From Chromera velia (lineage: Eukaryota): DNA of 64,000 bases. The DNA lies in contig JAHBMJ010000510.1 of the NCBI GenBank assembly GCA_018398765.1, forward strand, positions 62,001 through 126,000, in the 5' to 3' direction. Below the pieces are notes generated by a model. That model made no database searches, was not told the DNA's origin, and was given only the letters and a program-made list of their open reading frames with translations. Shown piece by piece: positions 37,248 through 49,021 of the stretch. Position 1 is the stretch's first letter; each line of letters begins with the position of its first letter. Made by a program: the position numbers and the translations under genes.

Positions 37248-40072
37248 GAAGAGAGAGAAAGAGAGAGAGATCCAGAGAGAGCGCAAACAAACAGGCATTC
37301 CATCCTTAGCCCACTCATGCCTTAGAAGACTGGAAGACTGTGAACACAGCCACCCTTCAGCTGAGTATCAGCCAGTGATCATATGCGAAACTTTATCGTG
37401 GCTCATGAGACACACGGACGGGTGGCTGAGAAGGGCCACCATTCACGGGCGTTAGCGGTCTCAACGTCCTCCAGAAAACATCAATTGGGAGTCTCGTGTG
37501 CATACTCTTTTTTTGTAAGCCAAGGCGCCCATTTGGATTGCGACCGTCCCTGAATGAACCCAGGCTTCTCAAACTTTTACTGGCGTGCCTTCGTCTCTTT
37601 TTCCCATTTCGTATATTTATGACTCCATGTCATAGTGCCCATGCATGAATGTCTTCAGGAAGCAAGACCCGCTACTCACGCACGTCGGTCCTCTGAAGAT
37701 TATCCGGATGAATTGAACCCGGTCAGCTAGCTCTGGGAATCACCGGGCATTTCCCTTTCAGGCTTTCCTGTGATGCTTCTCTCATCCGTCTTGAAGCTTG
37801 TTGCGGTCTGATTCCCCACGGAAGTGGAAAATGTGTCGATCACCGACCCGCCACACAGAGTTGACGTTGCCAAGGGATTGGTGTGTAGGGTCTTGCCGAC
37901 AAGTAAGTGTGGGAAGAATAGAGACTTGAGAAACCAGTCAGACGGTGCAATTTGATGAAGAATTCGGACTTACATGTTTCCACTGTAGCGACAGTGTCAC
38001 GTTTTCATCATAAATTTCATACGTTCGCTTTATATTGGTTGCTCTGAGACTTCAGGGAGAGATGTACTGGGAGATATGCAATCTGGCAAATCGCGGCAGG
38101 AGAGACTCAGGAAACATTCGGAAAGGAGATGCTCGGACGCTTGTCGTCCCAGCAAAGAAGGGAGGAGGAATCGAGGCGAGCAATGCGTTGGATCTGCAGA
38201 CTTTGAAAGATCAGAAGATAAGGGTGCACGACGCAATGATCATCGCAGGATGCTATGCCTGTTGTGGTCTCTCGTCTGAGCGAGACGTTTTCTTCTATAA
38301 CGATTTCCAAATCGAGATGGCGCACAAGGTCTGGAACTGGATGTACCCTCTCTGCTTTAATTTTGCAGACGTGTTGAGTCCTGCAGACGACAACTCCTTC
38401 CCGTGGGAAACTGGGCGGCAAGCCAGCGAGGTCAGATGGAACTGCCAGCTAGTGACGTTCATGCCCGATGAATTTGCCTGAAGCTTCCTGCGGTGATTCG
38501 TTACCTTCACCTGGTTACGTCGAGTTTGTAAGGGTGGGGCAAGGACGAAATCATCTTGCCAGAGAGTGCTGCTGTTTATGTGGTCCTTGCAATCATCCAA
38601 ATGACGCAAAGAAGGACTACTGGTTCTCCAGATTTTCACCTTAACATACCCCCCCCGGATGTCTGCACTAATGTAGTTACTATGGATTTGCAAAGTGAGT
38701 GAGTACGTTGTGACCTGATTGTCTGCAGGGAGGGGTAGCGTTCCACTCTGCCAAACACAGCTGGGTAGAGTTCAAAAAGGACATCGAGTTTGACCGCAAT
38801 TTCAATTTTGACGTAAGCTTGCGTCGATATCTCCTGTCTCGAACTGGTCACCGCACGAATTGCTTGTGTCTGTGCACGTGTGCCTTGTTGCTGCCTTCCC
38901 CACAATGGGCATCTATGATCTCCGTCGCCTTTTGGAACTTACTTTCTTAGCAATTCACTAGATTTCTGTTGAGAGTGACCGCCCATTCATGTGAATTGTT
39001 TGATTGCAGAACCAGAACGGCAAAGAGAAGCTTCGGCTCATGCAAGCAGTTGAGACCACGATGACTGTCCGGGCAATGGCAGAAGACTGGGAAGAAACAA
39101 CAGGAGAGCAAACCACGCTCGTAGACGCTTTCCCGGTCCTCCTGGTCCGTCACCACAGTTTTTTCAAAAGATCTCGCATTTAAACCATCAGCTCCATCTG
39201 GCAGCGAAGGGAAAAAGTCCATCAGACCTCTTCGATCGATCGAAAGAAGTTTGACGACCTGATACTTTCCAGAACGAGAACTTTGCTGTGATCCTTCTCA
39301 CTTGATAGGTTTCTGTTCTAACGTTTGTGTATGTGTACGTATCTGCGAGTGCAGGGCCGGGCGCCAGACACAGCCGAAGACCCACGTTGGCTGATATGGC
39401 TGCGCTTTTCGAAGCACACAGGGGGATATGCGAAAAAGCAGTCTTCTGGAGGCACGGACATTCAGCTTTGGGATGCCGAAGAGCTGGCAGGAAAGCTGGT
39501 TGAGGAGAGACACAGGGAAAACCCGAACGACAGTTGGCTGTTTGCTGAATCTCAGGAGGCGTCCCAGCGACCCACACAGGTGCTGACCTTCTGTGGTACT
39601 GAGATTCCTCGGAGCACATATCCGAAGATGGTCACTTTCCGCGCTCCTCCAATCGAACGCTCAAGCTTCCTGGAGGACTTGTGGTGGTCAACCGATTTCT
39701 GTTTGAAGCAGGACCATGGGAGGGAGCAGAGGTCGAATTTTCGGATGGTTCAGGTCCTTTTGGTTGACTCGGAGCTGCAGAAAGAGCAGCTGGAGGCCCT
39801 GTCGCCTACCGCAAGAGGCATCGTTTTCATCTGGTGAGTCGCTCGATTGGGCCCTCCCCGACGGTGAATCTCTCGATCTCTTCTTTTGGTTTTGAATTGA
39901 AAGAGGCGCAGTGATTCTGTTGAATGCAAAACATGCTCAATTGAGTGAATTGACTCTGGATCACTGTTCATGTTCAGGTGATCGGGATTTAATTGTCGTT
40001 TTGTTCTCATGAGTGTGCTTACTGACCAGAAGGGACCTTCGTCAATTGTTTTTGTCTGAGTTGACCTTGCAG

Positions 40073-41420
40073 GTGGAAGGAATGGCGGCAGCTGCGCAAC
40101 TGCATGAGTGACGTCTTCAGTCGGGCCTCCGATTCCCTCAAGGTGAAGACGCTGTGTCTACAAGGGTGCTCATCTCTGTCTGACCTTCCTCAGTATGATG
40201 AGATGAGACGGATAGTGGGGCCCACAGCAGAGACGGGGTTGGGCCCTCTGTTTCCCTCCATGGCAGAGGGAAGGGCGGTACTCCGCAAAGGACTCTCAGC
40301 TCTATGCCTGAGCGACTGCACAAACGGACCCCGAGAGATCTGTCTAGAGAGCGAATCGTCGAATCTCAACACGGATAGCCAGAACTTGCGCTCGCTCGTG
40401 CTAAGAGAGTCAGTTCGCTTTGATTCCACGTATACGCCTGCATGTCACCAATTCATTGATCTGCATGGCCATATGCGAGTCCCATAGATGTACCTACGCA
40501 TTGTGTACACATGCTAGGGCACACAGAGAGTCGGATATATATATCCTTTCTGTCGAGAGGACGTACGACAGGTACGGACGGTACGGGCGTTTTCTCGATT
40601 CTTCTTCTTTCAAAGAAACCCAATATTTCCTACTGCCCAAAATGCCGAACCTGTCTCCACCATTCATCCATCAGAGTGTAAGTATCTTGACAAAGTGTTC
40701 CACAAGGACGCCACTCCTCCATGCACACGGCTTTACCTATCATGTCATTCCTGCAGCCTCCCCTTCCTCGAGGACATTCAGCTTCCATCCAACTGCTCTA
40801 CCGGTCTTCAGATAGTCAAGGCCAAAAACCTTGTCAAACTGAGAAAGATCGGTCCGCTCAGAGGCCAAGCCGACCTCCGCATCCTGAAGCTTGTGGGACT
40901 TCCAGAGCTCGAGGAGGTCATGACTCCGGAATTGGAGGAAGAACGAATGGAACAGAAAATCGGTTTCTTTGGGAAGGCACCTGACGGGGGGCTGAGGAGT
41001 ATCCGCAGGTTCGAAGTTAGGGACCTGCAGAAGGTCACAAGACTGCCAAAGGTGGCCACTTGGAAGAAGCTTGAGAGGCTGCGAATCATTGGGTGAGTCG
41101 TTTTGCTTTGTAGCTTTTTCTTACAATCAGTGTGAGGTGGGCCTGCAGTACGTGCACTCCGCCGGATTGAGCATTCTGTCACCGCATGATTGTCTTAGCC
41201 AGGTGTGGGGAATGAAATAAAAACGTCTCGACCTGTTCGAGACCGACACAAAGGCACGAAAGGGGCTTAGGTCGAGCTGTAAATTCCGCCTTATCAATCT
41301 GGGCCGCCAACGAGATTTATTGAAATTTTCCTACTGCCCCTCCATGGATGCAGACTTCCTCTCCTAGAGAGGCTCCCGGACAGGCTCTGTGAGTTGGAGG
41401 AACTCGAGGGGCGCCGATCC
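40073..41420 (+). other. Leucine-rich repeats
   Basis: VKTLCLQGCSSLSDLP, LRSLVLRDLPFLEDI, LRILKLVGLPELEEV, LERLRIIGLPLLERLP. Confidence 0.85.
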
Positions 41421-41559
41421 GACAAGGCCAACGTGAACATAGATGACGTTCCAAGTGTGACAAATCCCCCTTGGCACATGGTGAACTACCCCAGTGCTGA
41501 GGAAAGATGGTTCAAAATCGTTAAACTCCAAAAAATGGAAGAAGAGAGGCAGATAAAAA

Positions 41560-44500
41560 GGAACACCCTCAGGGTCTTCGTTGTCGGCCATGCACACAGC
41601 GGTACGTGCATTTTGTCTCGACATCTTGAAAGTGGGTGTTGTTCTATGCTGGTGTACCTTCTCCTTCACCATTTTCACCTATCGTCCTCTTGATCATCTC
41701 ATGAATGCCTGCTGCATACTCTGCGGATTTGTTTGATTTTCTTCTCGCCTCCTTGATGGTGATTTTGCTATTTTTGCTCCCTTCTGGGAGTGTCCACGTG
41801 AATCATGCATGTTGACCCATGTTCCACTGCAGGCAAGACGAGCGTCTGTAATGCCCTGACAGGAATGCGGGATCCTCTCGGCACCACAGCCCTGCAGGAG
41901 GGCAGGTTGCCTCCTTCTCGCCGCAGTTCTCGCGCAGGCCGCAGGCCGGTATTGCGAAAAGAAGGAGCCACGTCGCTGGCACCGAGCCCCCTGACCATCT
42001 ACAGCTTGTGGGTGGAGCCGAAGCCTGCCAGGATCCCCTCATGGAGCGTGAAGCCGAGCATTCGAGGGAAGAGATTGCCCGCCGAAGTGGAGGAGCGTCT
42101 CGAAGGAGAAAACACAATTGGCATCTCCAGTGCGGAGTCCAAGATGGCGCAATACGCGAAAAAGGAAGACTACGAAGAGAAGGGAGACTTCGTCCTCCAG
42201 CAGATGCCCGATGACACAACGGCAACAGGCGATCGGAGTGGGGAGGCGAGCCCGTTCACATTGACTACAGCAGGGCGGTCATCCCGGCTGTCTGACCAAG
42301 ATGTGTCCAACGGCACAGACCGCTCCCCCACTTCGACTCTCGGAGGAGAAGCGGGGCACCAGATTGATCCATCATCCCCCAGTTCCCGAGGCTGCTTCTC
42401 ACCCCATGCAAAGCTGGGGAAGAAATCATTTGCGATTCAAGATAATATGAGAAAACGACCCCTGCCAGTGGATATCCAACTTTGGGACTTTGCAGGAGAA
42501 ATCGCCTACCGCGCATCCTGCCGAACTCTGTACTTTGAAGGGGCCTGTCATCTGCTGTGCTTCGATGGTGCACGAATTGCTGAGGTGCGTGAACAAAAAA
42601 CTTACCCTGTTTTGTTCCTTGAAGACATGGGTGCAATTGAAATCAATGTGAGCATCGTAGATTACTCTGGAGAAATGTCAACAGAGTCCCCCTGATGCCT
42701 GTCCGTTTTTGCAGCGACCGAAGAGCGAATGGGCTGACCTGATTGACCGCCATGTGTTGGAGTGGATCGAGGATATCGCGGCAACCGTTACGGCCTCCTC
42801 CAAGGTGAGCTCACTTAGACGGGCTCGAAGGAGAGTGAATGGTATCGCATCATGCAAATATGCATCTCTGAATACCCAGTACTCAAGTTCATCAGAAGCA
42901 TCACAAAATCTACGATCAACACATAGAGTATTTTGATGATCGCCGCAGGCCAATGCTTTTATATTCGACCTGACAAAAATCTCAGCCTGCGCATCACTGT
43001 TCATGAAATCTCTTGCCCCCTTGCTTTGTGCAGAAGCAAATCCGCCCTCCAAAGGTCATCTTGGTAAGTACCAAGATGAGCCTGGCATCGTCGGCGGAGA
43101 GGGAACTCGTCAAGATGGTCGACAGAGTCACAGAGAGGCTTTATGGAAGACCTGATTCTCCTTCTTTTGCTTCACACAGAGACGACGAGTTTAAAAAGAC
43201 CATCTCCATCGACAGCGTCCTGTGCATCGACGTGAACGGGAACATAAGGTCCCAAGTGACCACGCCCGACTCAAGCAAACCATCTACCAAGCTACTGCCA
43301 GTGGGAATGGTCAGTTGATCAAGGCCTCATGAAAACGATATGTGCAGGCGAAGCTGCATGTGCACGAATTCACTTTCCCCTGACTGCAGATTCTTGCAGC
43401 AGATCAATTTATCGGCTCATGGCCCAGTCTTCTTTAAGCCTGATCGAACAGGGTGTCCAGACTTTCCACTGCCTTTGCACACGCTTCTTGTGCACCGCTA
43501 TCATTTTCTGCGCTGCATAGTTGCAGACAATTCCTCAATTTCAGCCAAATCGAATTATTGAATTCCTTGGCGAGTCGACTCGGCAGCTAGCTGTGTAGAG
43601 CCGCGCTTCACATGTCTGCAGAGGAGAAGTCCAGCCGCTGAAATTCAATTTCTTCCTCCGAGTCCGATCATTGGTCCGGCTTTGAGTTGGAGGCACTCAG
43701 AGTGGTTGGATGATCCCGGGGGACAGCCGCGGAGTCCCTCCCGCCTGTCTACTGGATCAACTAGTCCAGGTAAGAATACAACAGCCCACTTTCGATCAAA
43801 AGCAATCCCCATGGATGAAGCATAGACAGATGTCAAACTTGATTGAGCACTGCATGTATTCCTCTGCATGAGAAAGCGAAGAGGCCTCGTTGGAGTACTT
43901 CGGTACGGGGTGTCTACGCGAGTCACAAACAACTGTCGGCTATCTCAATTGCCGGCGGTTCGAAAAAAGCGCTGCGAAACACCGATCGACTTTCATCATC
44001 CATCACGGAGACTGAGCCCCTTGGAGTGGTCGCCTCTTTTATCTCATTCTTTTGTCGTCAGACTTGACCTAATATCAGACCCACCCATATGTCTTTGTAT
44101 GTATGTGCTACTTGCAGGCAGCGGAACTTGAGCCAGTCGTGGAGGCGTTTGCATCCAGCAGAGACGATCTGAACAGAATGGCCAAGGGGGCGTTTCTGCT
44201 GTCGAAAGTCAGATCCGAGTTGGGGGCAGAAGAGCTCCCCAAATGGATCGAGTGGGTCCAGAGGGACTCGGGTCTGCGTCTCCTGTATGAGCCTCGCTGG
44301 GAGGCTGGAAGTTCTCAGTCGGTCGACAAGCAGCTAGAAGAGTCAGATGAGAAGACATCGGAGACAAAAGACGGCACCCTCAAGAGCGATCCGAGCGAGT
44401 TCGGAGAAGCTGCAGCAGCAGTCGATCCGACTGTCTCTGCGGCTCCCTTCGCGAGCTCGGTTGCCGTTGTCGCAGAGCCTGCTTCTCCCTTGTTCGACAA

Positions 44501-46500
44501 GGAAGCATCTGCTCATTGCTTCGTGCTGACCGATGCCCACTGGTTGCTCGACCTCTTTATGGACCTTCTAGAGCCTCACAAGAGCCCTGGCTCCCTTCTA
44601 GCCCACTCGAATCAACAGATACCCCACAACCGCCAACAGGTGTGGAGCGAAGAGCTCAGAGACAAGCTAGTAGTAGCGCTTCAGAGGGAGAAAACAGTAG
44701 CCAGAAAGGGTAGCATGGAGACGGGTGAAGAGGTAACTTTGGACAAAAAGAAGATCTGCGACATGTTCGGGACGATGTTGGACCAAATGAACCGCAAGGC
44801 CGTGATTCACCTCTTTCTCCTGAAAATCATCCTGAGTCACAGAATCGAACGCATGACTCATGCCTCAAGTGGTGGTGGTGGCTCACGGCAATTCCAAAAG
44901 TTCAGAGAGAAACAGGAGCTATTTCGCACCTATCTCCGGGTACGTGAAGGTTTTAAGACACTACGCATTCCATCTAAAAGGTGCTCTTTCAGTTTGGTTT
45001 GTTTTCTTTAGAGGTGTGCAGGTGTTTCTGTCTGAATGCCCGCCTTTATTCGGGCGAAGTGAAATCGGCGGAAGGACTTCCGCATTGAGCTCTGTGTATC
45101 TTTTCATTCAAACACACTCTGAGACTGATTCCTTTTAGTCAAGGCTGTTCGATCAATGCATGTCCTTTAGAGTGCTGAGCCGAACTGATGCAGATCGATA
45201 GATACATGCAGCCAGTTGCAGCTATGATCACTGGAGATCCATTCTTCATATGCACGCGCAACGGAATCTTTGTTTGTGTCCAATAATTCATTTTTTTTGT
45301 GCCTCTCTGTGTCTTGCAGGTTCTCTGTGCTGCGTTGGTTATGATCCCTGCCGATTCAAATTCTGGGGATCCGAACGGACCAGGTCCTCCTTGTGAAAGG
45401 GCAACGAAGTTTGTGGTGCCCCTCAAGTGGGCGTCTACGGACAGCCACATCCTCAACACAGTCCAAGCAGTCGGGAGAGAAAAAGCCAAACACCAGAGCA
45501 TCGTGCGTTTTGCTACTGGAGGTCGTATTTCTTCGAAACTCTTCCAGGATATCCAATGCGAAGTTATTAGAGCCTGGATGCACCAGTCACCAGAATGTTC
45601 CCCTAGAGCCCTCGTAGACAGCAAAGGTCTTCTGCTGTCCCGTACTTTCAAAGTGCCCGATGGCACAGAAGGGGAGCAGGGGGTCGAAGAGGATGTGGTT
45701 GTGCATGTGCAGCTGGTCAAGATGCACTCAAAGAGACCCAACGCAGAGAGCGAGGCTGTCTCAAAGTGGCAGCGATGGCAGCCACAGGACGCTGGACCCA
45801 GTGGGCGTGCAGTCGAAGAGGCTGAAGAGTTCAACGATCTGCCGGGAAAGCCGGCCAGACTGCTCGTCCGTGTCCTGTTCGGACTTGACACCGCTCTCAA
45901 GAAATTGCACGGTACGGAGAATAGAGGGGGGAATGTTGAAAGATTTGCAGAGAGAATCGAGAGTCACCACTTTTTCCCGCACGTGGTGGACATAACCACC
46001 CAAACGCTCAAGACTGCTCATCCCGATTTAGAGACGGAGCTCAGATGTCCCGTGTGTGAGCGCTTCTGCATCAATCTTGCTGAGTTCGAGAAGCCAGACG
46101 GTTCCATAGACAGTAGGAAATTCATCAGAGATGCAGTTTGCTACACCCATTCGGAGAAAAACTTTGAGCCAAAGCCAATCGAAGCAACACGACTCCCGTG
46201 CCTCACAGCCCAGAACAGAGAGTCTCCCCTAAAAGTTGAGGTCAAATTTACGAAGGACGTCCTATTTGAACTGCCAAAAATGCTCAAACAGGTGAGACGT
46301 GTCGTTTGGGAGACCTACACTGATGGCAGCTTTCCCAGCTGGTTTGTCTGCTGCCCCCCCCCGAAAACAACATTTCGAGAGAGGGTGAAGATGTTTTTCT
46401 TCCGTGATTGGACGGTCATTTTCCTCTGCGAGCTGTGCCAAAAACCCGCACAGAGGGTGGTGAGAAGAGAGAGGGAGGATCAGTCCCCGGATAGCAAGGG
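41560..46500 (+). other. Roc GTPase and COR domains (Roco family)
   Basis: LRVFVVGHAHSG|KTS P-loop across an intron, IQLWDFAGEIAY (G3), KVILVSTK (G4 position), FVLTDAHWLLDLF (COR), KFVVP, FPSWFV..P and VIFLCE C-terminal motifs. Confidence 0.88.
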
Positions 46501-48659
46501 TGACCGTCAGCATCCAGAGCTCAGAGTGGTGTACAGTGAGGGTGAGATCCTGAAGAGGGTTGTACGCATAGACACGTTCGCGACAATCTTTCTGAAGAAA
46601 TTTTTCCTCTATGTGACACTAGCAGCATTAAAACAGATGGAGGAGCTCGGAGTGTTTCCACTCTACACCATCCTGAAAGAGCTGAATCTGGAGTTCATCG
46701 ATCCAAGTTGGACTCCCAGTCAGTTGCAGAATCAGTTTGCCCAATACATACAGCAGTCCGCAGAGAATTGACTCGAGGAAGCGACTGGCGAGGCACTAGC
46801 CCAAGCAGAACAGCCAGATGAAGAGAAGCAGATTGGGGAGGAAGCAGAGAGGGCGGATCAGGAGGGGTTGCGAGGGAATGCAAACAATCTGAGTAGAACT
46901 ATCGCTCATGCACAACACTTTTGGAGGAGGTCAAAAGGGACCCCACAGCCTTCAAGGAAAACTACAAAAAATTTGCAGAAAAACTAAATGAACAGATGGA
47001 GAACGATCCGCTGACTCGTGACTGGAAAACCGCGTATTTGTTCCAAGCAGAATGTACGTCCACCCAAATGACTCCCCGCATCTTCATTTGCGGGAGCTGT
47101 CATGCTCAGTGCAGCAGAGTCCGGGAGGCCCGAGGCCCCCTCTTCAGGAAGAAGTACCCAAGTTCCGATTTTGTGACCGTCCCGGAGGGGAGGGCGGCGA
47201 GGCCAGTGGAGGTGAAAAAACCAGAGCCAGCCACCTGCTGCTGTGGTTGTCGGTGCTCCTGCTGTTCGTGCATGTCTTCAAGGTGTTGTGTTCTCCAGTG
47301 AGAGGGCTCATCAAATTTGAATGAATCGGCGCGGCGATAAATTTGCATGCACAAACTCTGTTCCTCGAGGCGGTGTGTGCCGTTCGTGGGCTGAGACGTG
47401 AGTTTGGGGAGAGAAGATGAGAAGAGGGATGACGTACAAGAAAGAAACGGTTGCACCTCTTAAAAGAGATCATAGACAACGTGTCCTGCAGGCATGTGAC
47501 TCGCGTGACTCGTCATGCATGGCGCTGCTCCGCCTGGTCTGCACTATTTTGTTGAGAGCGGCATGTGCCGTTCTCGACCACGAACGTGGGAAGGCTTGAT
47601 TGTTTGGGATGGAATTAAGGCTTTTTGGGGTGGAAAGAAAGGGATGAGGCCGTTGTGAAGCTAGCTGGCCATCCATTTGAGGTAAAATTCAGTAAAAGAG
47701 GCTCTGAAGACGCATGACCTGCATGAATTGTTATGCTTTTTTTGTCTCGGCTAGTGATCACTTTGCTGAAGACGCTATTAACCTTCCAAAGCCAAATTCA
47801 TACGTTTGGAATTGAATTGTTTGGGAACTGAACACTGAAATGTTTTGCAATAAAAGCCATTGTATGAATGTCATTGAATGAATGAATGAATAAATGAATG
47901 AATGAATGAATATGAATGAATGAATGAATGAAGCAACAATAGGCTCCCAACACTAGCCTTGACATTTTATAGATTTAAAAATCAATAAAATAATATTATA
48001 AAAAATATGACTTTAAAACAAACGTGCAAAAAAAACGTGTTAATTACTACGGACCAGTTCACGGTGTTAGAGTCTGTGCGTAAAGTTTTTAAAAAATCAC
48101 TGCACTTTACTGATACAGCTAGTTACCGTGAGTTGAGTCATAAATTTATAAATAATTTTTTAATAAGAATGTAATCTGATATGAATCGAGCTCGTTGACT
48201 AAAAGGCCAATGAGCTTCCAACCTTCCAATTTTACTTAAAATTTGCATATATGCATGGATGGTGAAAATCGTAGTATGACATTATATGACATCAAATTAA
48301 ATTTTGATAATCATAGTTTAATCATACTTAAATCATACCACATTATTATAAAACTATATAAAATAAGTATTCAAATCAAATTAAAATTAAATCGTATCAG
48401 ACCATACTATTTAGGTACCTTAAGTTATAATCCCCTCATTTGCATATATCTGACGGAGTCTTACCTGTTTGAATACCTTTTGTATCATTTGCACGCACAC
48501 AATGATGGACCAGTGCAAAATTGTTAAGACTAAATGGTACCAAATGGAACTTTATTATATGGAAGGTTGAGTCTGCGAGCGCCGCGTGGCCTGGGGCCGC
48601 CTTCTATGTAGTGTAATGTAGTGTCAATTTAGGGTGGCGCTGTGGCGTGCGAAGGCCGG

Positions 48660-48850
48660 GGTTCACGCGAGTGTTGCATGCATGCGTGAGTGCATGCATG
48701 CACAAATGTTGCAAGTGAATGTTGCATGCATGCGTCGATCGATCTGCGTACGTATACGTACACATGCATATTTTTTCAATATATTGTTTGCATTTTTTTC
48801 TTGGACATGTCATGCATATATGCATGCATCCATATATATACATGAGTGCA
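48660..48850. promoter_or_regulatory. Dense cluster of TGCATGCA/GCATGC motifs upstream of the F-box gene
   Basis: Overlapping TGCATGCATGC runs at ~48676, 48691, 48723 and 48821. Confidence 0.5.
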
Positions 48851-49021
48851 AATACCGGCCAATGCACTGGAAAGAATCAAATCCATATATGTCTGCATTA
48901 GTGAGAATCAATTGCTTTTGCATGTGAAGACAGACAGTCAGCTCAACATTGACGTTGCCTTTGTATCTGCAAGACTTGAAAAAGGGCAATCGATTGAGAA
49001 AAGTAAAAGGGCAACGCAACA

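Larger units (their letters stand above)
33071..47301 (+). pseudogene. Kinesin-3-like motor - FHA (split) - DAC-like - kinesin-3 tail - LRR - Roc - COR - Cys-rich CaaX fusion gene, ~2,800 codons, disrupted in this copy
   Basis: Phase-consistent exons: 33071-33431, 33721-33760, 33995-34291, 34462-34576, 34807-34962, 35129-35215, 35548-36090, 36270-36353, 36531-37103, 37659-37721 (tentative), 38056-38430, 38729-38812, 39010-~39144, 39355-39833, 40073-40408, 40757-41092, 41354-41601, 41833-42584, 42715-42804, 43034-43309, 43527-43769, 44118-44939, 45320-47301. Lesions at 33761, 43596, 43683, 46769 and ~46920. Confidence 0.75.

Noticed and set aside
37300..37905. Additional candidate exons between the DAC exon and 38056 (37310-37495, 37797-37902)
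   Set aside because: Frames contain TGA stops or incompatible phases; only 37659-37721 fits, and only tentatively.
43596..46771. Genome-wide stop-codon reassignment as the explanation for the in-frame TAG/TGA
   Set aside because: Intact genes here end in TAG (17570), TAA (30765) and TGA (47299, 56315, 58305) and have no internal stops.
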